64,000 nucleotides of DNA, from the NCBI GenBank assembly GCA_001949185.1, contig BDGG01000008.1, positions 1,240,001 through 1,304,000 on the forward strand. The letters are read 5' to 3'. The notes beneath the pieces are model-generated. The model was not told the origin of the DNA, did not search any database, and saw only the letters and a list, made by a program, of their open reading frames with translations. Below, in pieces: positions 23,447 through 35,241 of this stretch; the stretch's first letter is position 1, and every line of letters begins with the position of its first letter. The position numbers and the translations under genes are program-made. The DNA comes from Ramazzottius varieornatus (lineage: Eukaryota; Animalia; Tardigrada).

Positions 23447-24192
23447 CAGTGTTGTAGCTAGTTTTACTCCCAAGTTTGATTACAGTTTTACTCCAGTAAA
23501 GTAATTTAATCTCACGGTATCCGGTTTTAGTTAAAAAGATTCAATTTTAGGCCCGGCCAATTTAGTTTTACACTCGTTGAAAGGCATTTTACAGTTGACT
23601 CCCTTGAGTTTAGTCTTACGGTACTTTCGAGATGTGGTTTTAGTTTCACGGAATTTACTTTTAGTCTTGATAAAGTTATTCTACTCCCTCCTCAACAGCT
23701 ATTTACGTTCAAAAAGTTCCTCAGTTTCAAACGCGTTTAAAGATTAGAGGGCCTTAAAAAGTGAAGAAACAAGTTGAAAACCACGATAAACCGACTTAGG
23801 CTCTTTGAATTGTTGCCTAGTTTGTCCACACCAAACTTGATATCAGAGTTAAAATGATATCTTTCTCATACTCTTTTTATTATTAAAAGCAAACCTGAAT
23901 TTAACTCCGACTCTACTGAGTCTAGTCTACACATTTTACTGATAGTTTTACTCTCTTGAAATTCAATTTTACTCCCAGCCCTCGCATTTTAGTCTCTGGA
24001 TTGGATTTTACTCTTACAATTTAGTGTTACTCTCAAGCGTCTACACTCCCAGCTCTCCTATTTTACTCCACAGACCCACAGTTTCGCTCTCGGCTTTTGA
24101 TTTTACTCTCAGGTTCACTCCCGGGAGTAAAGCTATAACTGAGAAAAAGAGTAAATTAATTTTACTCTAGAGTATAACTAAACGCAACACTG
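23447..24192. mobile_element. AT-rich non-autonomous hAT-like element with reiterated TTTTACTC motifs
   Basis: ~25-bp imperfect TIR CAGTGTTG..TAGTTWTACTC; many TTTTACTC/GAGTAAA motifs; no matching TSD. Confidence 0.6.
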
Positions 24193-24388
24193 GTCTCTCC
24201 CAACATGTGAAAAGGATTCCCTAGGGACAGTGCGAAATTCGACAACGTGTCAACAGAGAAAGTCGATGAGGGACCCTACACAAACACAACAGCGAGGTCC
24301 GGAACTCGCGTGATCACCAGATGAGATTAGAGAAGCCTTCTTGCCACCCTCTGTAGTGATCCTCTACAAATCAACGCCACAGGCGATG

Positions 24389-25103
24389 TTATACTCTATG
24401 CTGTACGACAAAAGGTTTCTCGAGTTTCTCGCGGCTCTTTATTGCGCTGACAGAGTTAATCTTCATCCTTCTGCTGTAGAGTTCTTCACTCTTCAGCACA
24501 CAAGCTTGGATGCTTACCCATAGTGTCGTAAGGACTCTGTGGGTCTCTGAGGAACCGAGGGTGGTTCTCGCAAGTAGCTCTCACTTGCAGCCATTGCAAG
24601 ATCTCCACGTAATTGCGCCTCATTGAGCAGTGGAATCCTCCCGCAAATTATCCCGGATATAATCTTCTGTACTTCTTTCTTTACGAAATCCCTCTATACA
24701 GATCTTTGCCGGAACTAAGACTTCAATCACACAAATTGTAATGATCCCCGGAAGAAACTAAAAGCTCAGTTTGTGCGTATACGCGTCGCACGGGTTCTTG
24801 AGTATGTGGTACAATACACCTCGTTAGGGATGTTGGTCTGTTTTTCCCCACCTCGTTGCTATTCTTTCCGGTTAATCTTTTCTTTATACGCCAGGCATCG
24901 AATGTTTGATCTCGCACGAAACACGAAGTTGACCGATGCCACCAATTTGAATTATTTTTGAGTGGTGACACTGCGTTTGAAACGGAAGTATGAAACTCTT
25001 TTAGGGTTGATGAGGTGGGAAAACGTTTTATTTTGACCTCACCTTCAGCTGGACATGTCGGTGGGTTATACTTTTCTGATAAATTATGCATTGCCGTGGC
25101 CAT
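24389..25103 (-). CDS. Candidate 3-exon orphan gene (~184 aa), no recognised family
   Basis: Exons 25103-24783, 24693-24518 and 24446-24389 join in frame across 89-nt and 71-nt GT-AG introns. Confidence 0.35.
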
Positions 25104-25499
25104 TGCGCACTTCAGTATTCGATTACCGGTACATTATCACCACAGACGCGGAATTGTGATCCCGGGTCCAGTGTTCCCCCTCTAGCCTCCCACGTAAGCT
25201 TTGCTGACTTTTGATACCTCGCGTTCGAGTGCAGTAATCTGTTTGACTGAATATTTGCAGGTGGATAATGTCACGACATTGAAAGGGACCTCTAAGCTAA
25301 TCGGATAAAATTGTGGGTGGATCTGCGGATCAAACGGATAACCTTTACCTACAGACATATTGTATGCCGGCTGCATCCGGAATCCACTTCACTTCACTAT
25401 TCAGGTAGGGTAAATTTCTTTACCCGTAAAAAAGTTTACAAAACATAATCGCGGAAAACCAGACGGCTCGATCAATGCTGCTGTAGTTCGACATGATGT

Positions 25500-25620
25500 G
25501 GGGCGTGGGCGAATTAATTGAACCAGATCGTTCTTCCAAGTGGCGCACATTACCAACCGATAACAATGGAAACGTGCGCCAACTAAGACAGCGATCTCAG
25601 TTAATTTGGTCGCCCATACA
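25500..25620. mobile_element. Palindromic ~124-bp family copy
   Basis: CCAGATCGTTCTTCCAAGTGGCGCAC-N25-GTGCGCCAA..CGATCT. Confidence 0.78.
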
Positions 25621-27158
25621 GGTTGATTCTTATTGCTTCGACGGATTTTGCAGTGCTACAGAAAATTCCGGTGTAGCTTCTCTGCTCTCAATTACGTCCA
25701 CAGGTAGCTCTGGTTCTCGAAATTCTCTCCGAAAATTTCATTGAGATTGTGCGATCGAGAGAAAACCAAGTTTGAAAAGCTTTGAAGTACTCGGAAATTG
25801 GTGTCGTTTTCGAAGTGAAAATTCAGCTAAGTTCGGATATGTACGCCACTGTACGAAGCTTAAAAAAATATTCCGCTCATGCTATCTTGTTGAAGCAGCG
25901 TTCCGCACACGATAGAAGTAACTTAGAAATAACTTCTTTTCATGTTTCTGTTTTTGGTGCACACTGTAACCATTAAACGAACTGCTAAGAAAAATGTTAA
26001 AACTGTTTCGTGAATTATTTTATACTTTCTTGTTTGGTAGTGAATGAACAGTGTTCAATCAGCTTTTACAAATTAGCAAAAAAATTTGTGTATGGAATAA
26101 AACTAGTTTGAAATAATTTGACAGTCTTGCTCGCTAGAAATATTCCGGCGATTGAGGCCAGCTTTCGCCAGCAAAATAGGTCATTTTCTGCCGATCGCAC
26201 CTATCAGACAATCAATGTACTAACGACAATACAAACGCAGGCCGCAAAATCCAATGACGATCGATCGAACGAGCGAAAATACGGTTGTAACTTGTAAGCA
26301 GCCAGAGACAGGTTTACCACAGAATTCTGAAATCCGTCGAAGCAATTGGAATCAACCTGTGTAGGCTGAAGGTCCCGAACTCAATCAGTATTATTTCTGA
26401 AACTCTAAACGTACTCTTGAGCCCGTCGATCGCGGTGTTTTCTCCATCTCATAGGTTGTGGTTGAAAATAACCGTCAAACGGTAGTTTTTGCCCTCCGGC
26501 ATATCAGTCCATGTGATACCGACGCATGTATACGTAATTCTACCTTGCGGGCTCATACCTGAACGATTACACAGTATGTCAACTAGGCGCGGTTGTTTTG
26601 CGGTTGCTTCAGAGGGAAGTGTTCTGGCGTACCGCCAGGGAAGAGCGAGCTCGAGCCGTAGGGGAAAGAACCAGATGGGACGGGCACTCCATAAATTGAT
26701 CCAATAATCGGGAAGTTTTGTCACGCATATGCCGAGTGCCACCACTGTCATCTTGAGTAATGCTTCCTTGGTATTCTCCCATCACCTTACTAACCCATGT
26801 TGAATAGATACGGCGTTGTTTTCTTCACACCACATGAGCAGCTTAACGTGATAGAGTATCCTTCTTGTTATCCCCCTTTTTAGGTGTTTCCTTTCACTCC
26901 AATTGGTCAATCAATACTTGTGATCCGTTCAGACATAATCTTTCTTTTGAAGCCGGAAGATTCTATTCTGAATAATTCGATTGGGGGAAGTTGTGATCTG
27001 GGATTAGGTGTAAATTTATCGGCGGGAAAAGCGACGGGATTGATGTTCGTAATGTGCCGCTCAATATAGCCCGTTGAAAGATTCATAGGAATTGTGGTTC
27101 GAAGTCAAGCAAGGCTTCACTGAAGAGCCTTCGTTTCTATTCGACGGAACCATGTCTC

Positions 27159-27282
27159 GAGATGGAGGCATACGAATGCACCCAGATCAGTTTCCCAAGT
27201 GGCGCACGCTCTCATCCAATAACATGGACAAGTGCGCCGCTGGAGATGACAAACCGAGTGAAATCATTTTGCCGACGTCTCA
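27159..27282. mobile_element. Palindromic ~124-bp family copy
   Basis: CCCAGATCAGTTTCCCAAGTGGCGCAC-N24-GTGCGCCGC..TTTGCCGACGTCTCA. Confidence 0.75.
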
Positions 27283-28110
27283 GTTAGCTTAGAGGCTGCT
27301 TTCAAGTGTCAGGTAGACCGCAGATTGAAATTTCAAGTGAAACGTGGGCAAGGATTATTTTTTTCCGTTTGAAAAACAAGCATCTGCTCCCGCTTGTCTC
27401 CATCATTTCCGGTTCGCGGCTGTTTTCGGCCTACTTGACACTGAGCGATACCACGGATTATTCTAGTTAGTCTACGCACCATACGTGGAACTCTACTTTT
27501 TGATACATGGTTAGAGTGTAGAAAACTGTCAGCCATCTTCTTCGCTCGCTGTGAGACATAAGTAAACGGAACGGCGCGGGAAGTCTTGCATGAGATGAGT
27601 TTTATGAAGCGATGGGCACTTTTGATGGGCGAAAACAAACTCATTATGTGACATGTCCTTTAATAACTAGCGCGCATTCTTCACTCTTCCTCTCGATGAA
27701 TTTCACATTCGCAGTGTAGTCGCGACGACCCTCGCATGCCAATGAAGACACTTTCTTCGCCTAGCTTGATTATTTTAATACCATCATGGCCCGCGCTTTG
27801 TTCGCCTCAGAATTTCTCGGAGTGGGTTTTTCTGTTTTGTCTCGTGAAACCGCCTCAGAACCAAAAATTTTTTTCCACAGTTTTTGGTCGAAATAACCAG
27901 AATGATCTTTTAATTTTTCAGTTGATTGGGTTTCTGACGTTATTCCGCTGTTTCTTCCAGACCGAATGACGACTATGGAAGACGCCTAAATTTTCACTGG
28001 CTCCTACTCACGTAAAGGATGGTCGATGACAAAAGAAACTAATCAAGTTACAAAGATCTGTGGACTACCTTTTGGAAATAACGCAACCCGGAAGTTGAGC
28101 AAGGTTCTCA

Positions 28111-31045
28111 ATGACGTCGCATACAGTTGAGGTTTCAGCCAATCCGACTGGGTCACACTGGAATGAAAGCGAGGATGCAGATTGTCGCTTGAATTACACC
28201 ATCGTTCTGCTCTTCCTCAATGCCACCAATCCCGACTATTTTCGCCACCGAACCAACGATATCATTATTCTTTTCTCCTTGGCCGTCTTGGGCGTCGTGC
28301 TCAACTTGTGCATGGCCTGGTCCTTGATGCACAAAGCGACGTACAAACAGTCCGCCAACGGGCTCTTGGCACTTCAGCTGTCTTTCGCGGACCTTCTGGT
28401 TGCCTTATTTTGTCTCACATCCGATGGTACAATTTTCGACCAATTTTGCATGGTTTATGGAGTATTCATTTTGAAGGCGGGAGACCGGCAAATGAAACGT
28501 GCGAAATCGTTATCTGGAGTGGCGTGCACTCCCAGCTAAAAAACAATAGATCTGTGCGCTACTTGGGATGACGACCTTTTACGTTGCGCTTACCAATCAA
28601 ATACCTCCAATATTTCCAGTTCTGGTATTAAGTTTCCGTTAATATTTCACAATCATTTTCTAGTTTATTGTTTTTTTCGGAATCCTTTTCCCATTTTTTC
28701 CCCAACTTTTCTGAAATCGATATGGGCGTCTGTGCTTTTCCAGGTATTTGGAATGTGACGATGCAGTGGTTGGCCGGGAATCTGGTTTGTCGATTCGTCA
28801 AGTACATGCAAATGTTTAGGTGAATTTCCCAATTCGCATTGATTATTTGGTGTTATTAGCGATCCACGGTGTCGCTTTAATATTGTGATGAAAACGACCA
28901 CCCAGGGACAATGTAATGGCGGCAATCGCCATGTGGCATCCTGGGTTCATACTCTTCACCCTTCTGTTGCAGTCAATATGCCACCACGCTTATGCTGACG
29001 GGGATGACAGTGGAACGGTGCATCACCGTCACATTTCCAATTAGTCGATGCAGCAAGGAAGCCACCATGAAGCGGGCCAAGTATATTAGCATCTTCGGAT
29101 GGGTCTTTGCTGGCGTCTGCAGCATTCCGCAAGTAATCAATTTTACGCGGTACTTTTCTAAGATGACTAGTGTGCTGTCTTGTATAATTCATTACTGTGC
29201 TCCATCTTCCTACGTGAACATAAATTTTTTAAGACTTCGTCAAGACCTCGGCATACAAAATCGGCCATAGTTCCAGCCACCTATACGCTATACACTGTTC
29301 TTCTAACAAGGGGGTTAACGCAATAAGCTGCCTCTGACCCACAAACTAGGATCACTGGTGGATAGAATAGAATTTCCTCCATTGTTTAAGCCAATAAACT
29401 AGACTCCTTGTCGTTCCGGGAATAACAACAGGACGCGGGAGTGACGGAAATTTAGCCGCTAGTAATGGATCTGATGACTGATTTCGCTGGTTGTGCCATA
29501 TTTTCGTCACTTCCACATCCTGTAGTTTATTCCCAGAACGACAATGGGTCTAGGTTATTGGCTCAGACAATGGGTCTAGGTTATTGGCTCTATCCACCCG
29601 TGATCCTAGTTTGTGGGTTAGAGGCGGCGTATTGCGTTAATCCCCTTGTAAGTTAGCATGCAGCATGAAGTGTGTATCTAGGTCCATGAAGTGTGGCCGT
29701 TTTTTGTTTGTCGACATTCCGTACGAGACTAACGACGTAATTTTCTTTCAAATTTCGATGAAACTAAAGTTCACGGGAGGTAGGAACATTATGACGCTGA
29801 AGATTATCTGGAATTTTTCAGGCAGTGATTTTCCATGTGGAAAGGGCGCCCATCTGCGTAGACTTCTTCCAGTGTGTCACACATGGATTCTACACCAGCG
29901 ACGAACAAGAGCTAGCCTACACGATGACCACACTGTGCCTAATGTTCCTGGTTCCACTGCTGGTTATATGCGTTTGTTATGTCGTTATTTTCGCCAGCTT
30001 TTCAAAGGAAGCGCAGCAAGCCATGGGTGGGTACGGAAATGACCAAATGAATCGCATGTTAGGTCCATCCATTAGGTTTATTGGCCTGTACAGTGAAACA
30101 AAAGCCCACTGAAAATCAATGAAGTAGAAGAAGGACAGGCCGGAAATAAAAGGATGTTATCAATTTCTACTTTGCGGCTATTTTCTCCCTATGTAGTCAC
30201 ATTGACATTAATGTGGCGCCTGCTGGGGAGGGAGGTCCACGTCGGCTTTCCGGTTTATGTGAGACTCTGACGCCACGTTGCTAAAAATCGTTTAATATTT
30301 TCATGTGTCTTTCTCAGGTGATGCACGTGACGGAAGTTTGAACGCTGCTCACGTATCGACAAAGCGGACGGAAGTGCCCAAGTTGGGCCGTCGTTTATAC
30401 AGAAGAGCTCGCCGGATGTCGCTGTGGATGACATTTGCCATTGCGCTTACGTTCGTGATATGTTGGAGTAAGTCACTGAATTTTTCAGATGGTTGAAGTA
30501 CAGAATGGAATATGGCTTTATTATTTTAGCGCCATATTACATTGGAATGTTTACACATTTCTTCTCGTGGGAAACATCAGCCAGCTCAGAAACCATCAGC
30601 TCGATGTTTTACTTTGGTAAGATGAAGCTTGTGTTTATGCACCTTGTGAAATGACAGACGTATCGTCGAGTAATGATACTACTTGCGGGCGGCGCTTCAA
30701 CGTGGGGGGATGGAAGAAGGTCCCCGAGGTCTCCGAAGCTTCTACCTTCCTGTCCATGAAGTAGCACGATGATTGACGGTCTCCTACGCCTAGGTTTCTT
30801 CTGTCTTTACAGGCATGACGAATTGCGTGATCAATCCCATCATCTTTGGAGCCTTCCAGTTCTGTTCCCGACGAAGAGCGGTACCGGAAACACGCCTAGA
30901 CAAGCCGTCGCAGCAGGGACGGAAAAAAACGTCACTACTGACAGAAGAAACAGTTATTCCAAACTCCTTGGTCTCGAAGCATGTTAACGGTTTCCGGAAC
31001 AACTCCTCTGATCAGTCTTTTCTGTATGATAAAATCCATTCATGA
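28111..31045 (+). CDS. GnRH-superfamily rhodopsin GPCR, most like corazonin receptor (multi-exon)
   Basis: LSFADLLVALF, WNVTMQWLAGNLVCRFVKYMQMF, ERC at the DRY position, ECL2 IFHVERAP..DFFQCVTHGFY, FVICWTPYY and NCVINPIIFG. Confidence 0.8.
28479..28605. mobile_element. Palindromic ~124-bp family copy (GPCR intron), degenerate
   Basis: GGCAAATGAA..GTGGCGTGC-N26-GTGCGCTACTTGGGA. Confidence 0.6.
29307..29648. mobile_element. ~340-bp MITE in GPCR intron
   Basis: ~60-bp imperfect TIR CAAGGGGRTTAACGCAATA..CCCACAAACTAGGATCAC; internal tandem duplication of GACAATGGGTCTAGGTTATTGGCTC (29540-29590). Confidence 0.8.
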
Positions 31046-31200
31046 AAGTCGGCACCCTTTCGCGTTCCTAGAAAAAGTCTTTCACGCTAGTGACTGTTCA
31101 TTTACTTTTAGTAAATCCATTACAAATAAAGACAAATCAAAACTTATCACGCACATTCGTTTTCTGTTTTGTCATCAAATTCTAGAAGAAGTAATTCAAG

Positions 31201-31893
31201 TTACTTTCCGTAACTGTAAGAAGGGTTAACACAAACATTAGCGCAGTTGTTCCGGCAGCACTTTTGTTGACCATAACAGTTTTGATCGTTGACGCATTGA
31301 TTGGTGCATCCGCCTTGATACGATGTCATCACTGGACAGTAGCCTGGCTTGGATGATGATGTCCCTCCCGAAGTCCCGCCGATGGGATTCATACACTGGA
31401 ACGAGCAGTTATACAGGCAGCACTTGGCCGATCCTCCGCAGTTAGCATCGCTATTACAGTAGCGCGGAGTGGTCCCGCAAAAGGCAGCTGCATTGTTGTA
31501 AGGGCAACTTCCGGGTTTCGTGCCTGTACCGCCGGTCGCTGCAGGTGTCGTACAGACTCTACCACAGCCGTTCGAGCAGCACTTATTGTTTCCTGCACAG
31601 GACTGGTCGTTGGTGCAGCTGGTTATACAGATGCCAGCGGTGCCCGGAGGGACAGCAGGACAGAATCCAGGCTTGTCGTAACCGGAAGTTCCGGATATAG
31701 GTGTGGCGCAGTAGTGGAAGCCCGTGGTGCCTATCGGGCAGCATTTCTGCCCGTTCGGACACATGGCGTCGTAGTTGCACTGCATGGCTCCATTGGGAGG
31801 ACCTGTTGACGGGCAACTTCCGGGTCGCTGAGAGTGTACGGTGATCATGAAAGCCAACAGGAAGACCACAAGACAGCTCTGTCCGTTGGCCAT
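31201..31893 (-). CDS. Secreted four-WAP-domain protein, intronless
   Basis: Signal peptide followed by four (K/R)PG.CP...C..D..C....KCC...C repeats; the first has only 6 Cys. Confidence 0.9.
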   Translation of the reverse strand: MANGQSCLVVFLLAFMITVHSQRPGSCPSTGPPNGAMQCNYDAMCPNGQKCCPIGTTGFHYCATPISGTSGYDKPGFCPAVPPGTAGICITSCTNDQSCAGNNKCCSNGCGRVCTTPAATGGTGTKPGSCPYNNAAAFCGTTPRYCNSDANCGGSAKCCLYNCSFQCMNPIGGTSGGTSSSKPGYCPVMTSYQGGCTNQCVNDQNCYGQQKCCRNNCANVCVNPSYSYGK

Positions 31894-32754
31894 GGTGGAA
31901 TCCAGAAAAGGATGAAGCTTCTTGAAATTCTTCGAAAGCGAAAAAGGAGAAACGTATCGGCTGGCGAGTTTGCGTGTCTTATATCGTTTCAGGAACCGGA
32001 ATGATGGTGTAGCTATGTCACAAATTTGCTTTCTTACTACAACTTACACCGGATATCCCTATCTAGAACAAATTTAACCTGGCCTTGAGAACAAGCACTC
32101 CGCAGCGGTTGGTTACAGCAATCAGAGAACCGTGTGCTTCTAATGGTTTAGTTCAAGTTTATTGTTTGCGATGACGCGACTTCGAGTTGGTCAGTTGGAA
32201 CGCTCAACAGGTGGACTTTGATTTCCGGAAGACAAACAATGCCAGTTCAGCTCGCTTCAAGACAAGCCGGTAAGTTAGATTTGGTCTAGGGAAGCCGAAT
32301 AAGCGTCTCGAATGTCTTTGGTTATCGTGAAGTTCGTTAGTTACACAAATTGATAAAATAGTTACATCAGTCCAGGTACCTTGCGTCCAGGGACCAAGTC
32401 CTGTATGAACTGCGCTCACCGCTTATTCCGCATCCGCACAATACGCAGTGTACCACATGGATACGGACGGTACGGGTACGCAGGTACACCCGTGCGAAGC
32501 CAAGACTTCAGAAGAACCTTTCCACGAAAGATCGCAATCTCCGATCGCAACGCGCTGGGATTGGTTAGAAGATGCTGCCAAATGGTTGGTATCTGCAGGT
32601 CAAGTTTTAAACTCTGAACACTCAAGAGCAGCGACTGAAATTCTGGACTGTCATTCGAGTTTTTAATTGCTGCCTGGTCCTCGAGTTGTCTCAATTTTAC
32701 GTCGTGTTTCTTTCAGGTCTGCCTTCTCTTCTCACTTCCTCATCCTCTCTCAAC

Positions 32755-33582
32755 ATGGCTCTATCCCACCAGCATTTTCTAGCCACTGTCCTGACTTGCT
32801 TGGTGCTGTTTCAGCTTGGAGTGCAGGGTTTTCAGACAAATGACCAGGAAGACGAGAAGACTAACGACCTTACCCCATCAGAGCGCGCGCTGATCCGGCA
32901 AGTCACAGCTTCTCGGGCCATCTATCCAGGTTTCGGAGGCTTTGGCTTAGGATACGGCGGCTTGGGATTCGGAGGTTTGGGTCTCGGATACGGCGGTTAC
33001 GGGCTCGGAGGTTTCGGCCTGGGACTCGGAGGTACGGTAGCTTTTTCACATTGATTGTTTGATTTACTTCCCGGTCCTTCTTAACTGTGTTAGTACTTCC
33101 GGATGCTGGTTCTTTCTGAGACTGTCTCCTGCAGGCTTGTTTTTCGATGAGGATAGCGGCCAGGATCAGGAAGCCACGATCGATGCTGTTGGTATGGAGG
33201 CCGGCGACGAAAACAACGATGAAGATGTCCCAACGGAAAGGAAGGCCAAGGGAGGAAGGTTCAAGCCACAGAAGAAGTCCAAGGCTAGCAAGTACACCAA
33301 GTCTGGAAAGAAGCCAACATCCACCAGAGGAAGGGGAAGAGCGGATGACACGGTCACGCTAAAGATACGGTTTCCTCGACAGTCTTTGAAACAGGTCATC
33401 AAGCAGTTCGGGTAGGCTCCCTCTTGATCTTCGTACATCTTGTGGTCGCATTCTCGAGCCAGCCAAACCGATAAACCAACCGAATTTTTTTAACGAGCTG
33501 GTTTCCATGTTGTAGGTTTCAATGCAAGGACAAGTTACCGTCGATCGAAGATGACGAAAATGATGTCGGATCTGCCTTTTAG
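32755..33582 (+). CDS. Secreted Gly-rich (GFG/GLG/GYG) protein with acidic and basic tracts (3 exons)
   Basis: Signal peptide MALSHQHFLATVLTCLVLFQLGVQG; exons ~32755-33031, 33135-33411 and 33516-33582 splice in frame. Confidence 0.7.
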
Positions 33583-33838
33583 ACGATCAAGCGCCCTATT
33601 CTTTTCTAAATCCAGTCTGTTGTGATCTGTTTTTCTAGTCGCACACAGTACTTGCACACAGTCGACCTCTAGTTTTTTGTACAGTTTTTATGCCGTATCG
33701 AATATTTTATTTTATAAAAAGTTTTGTTGACGATCCTGGTTTTTGAAATAGTTCTATTTTTCCACGGAGAATCGCTGTATGTAAGTTATGAATTCCAAAG
33801 AACGAAACGTTTTGCTTGTTCAGTTTTCGTTTTTCTTG

Positions 33839-34729
33839 TCAACTTCTGGGAGCAGGCGATAAGGCTTCCATAGATTCATCAGCTACGTCAGTACAGATCA
33901 TGCAGGTGCCATCGTGACTTGTACAGCATTTCCTACTTCCTGGACATTCAGAGTCTCCATGGGATGGTGAACATTCATTCTGGACACAGCGTCCAGCAGA
34001 AGGGTTGAGAGTAACTTTCGGACAAGCCTCAGCTTTGTACGTGCGGGAACCAGAAGTTGAATCAGACCTTGAAGCAAGTTTCATTCTGAACGGAGAGGTG
34101 AACTGTTTACGGGAAGTACCGTCGGCGTTCAGAAGGTCCTGCCCCAGGATCCGCACTTCCGGGTTGGCTGCGCTTGATTGGTTTATTGGCTGCAAGCATT
34201 TTAGCCCGCAGCCATTGATCAGGCAGCATTTTCGGGTTCCCCTGCAGGAGGAGTCCGACACGCAAGATACTGTACAGTCCCCGAACGTGCTGGTGGACAC
34301 TGGACAAATTCCAGCTTTGAAGAGCTGAGGAACGATAGTCTCCTCGGAAAACGATCTTACGGCTGCTTGAATGGTTGTGCTTCTCGTTCGAGGTCTTGCT
34401 CGGGCGCGGGTAGTACTCGAAAGTGGGGTGGAAGGGATAGTAGATGTTGATCTTGATGTTGATTTTGATGAAGTTGAGGTTGAAGTCGAGCTTGAGGTGG
34501 AGGCCGAAGTTGAAGTTGAGGAATGCGACAGGGAAACCGTCATGTTTCGGAATGTTGAGCCTAATCTCGTACCTTGAAAAGCGGAGCAGGAGTATCAATC
34601 GACAGTTGGTCTGATGTTAGCGGCTAGCTTACCATGAGGATTGATTGTTGAGTGGCCAGACGCGCAAGAACCTTCTGTGATGAAAAATGCAACAACGAAA
34701 ACTGAGGGATAAATAACATTCGACATCAT
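33839..34729 (-). CDS. Secreted Ser/Thr-rich protein with two WAP domains (2 exons)
   Basis: Signal-peptide exon from 34729 splices in frame to an ST-rich tract, KAGICP..CVSDSSCRGTRKCCLINGCGLKC and CP..DSECPGSRKCC..C. Confidence 0.82.
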
Positions 34730-35241
34730 TGCAAACTCGTATGAATTTTAGTCAGATATCAAAACACAGTTTCCTTCCCGAAGAATCATTTGCAAGTCCA
34801 AAAGGAAAATCTGGTTACTTTATATGTATGTATGCTGTGGATGTAGCGTGGCGCAGTACATCCGCAAGAGCCGAAAAGCCCGGAAGTAAGTTTGTTTCTA
34901 GCCATGCTCGGACGGACCGACATTATTCTTTCTGGCAAGATCTAATGAGTAACAAGAAGCTTGTGACAATAGAAGATATTTATGAAGCTATACACCAGTA
35001 GTTCGGACATCTGCTAACGCAGCGGATTTGTTTGATGTCCTACGTAACCACAAAAAAACAATCGCAATGAGCATGAGGAACGCTTCGGCTCCTTATGAAG
35101 TCGTGCAACTTCTGTAAAATATGACAAGATGCTCACTTTACTCCAAAGCGTATCTTGCTGGGTAAGCTCGATAGGACGGGATTAAAACTACTCTCAGGAA
35201 AAACTGGCATAATTGTCGAGTGAAAATAGCTACAGTACGCG

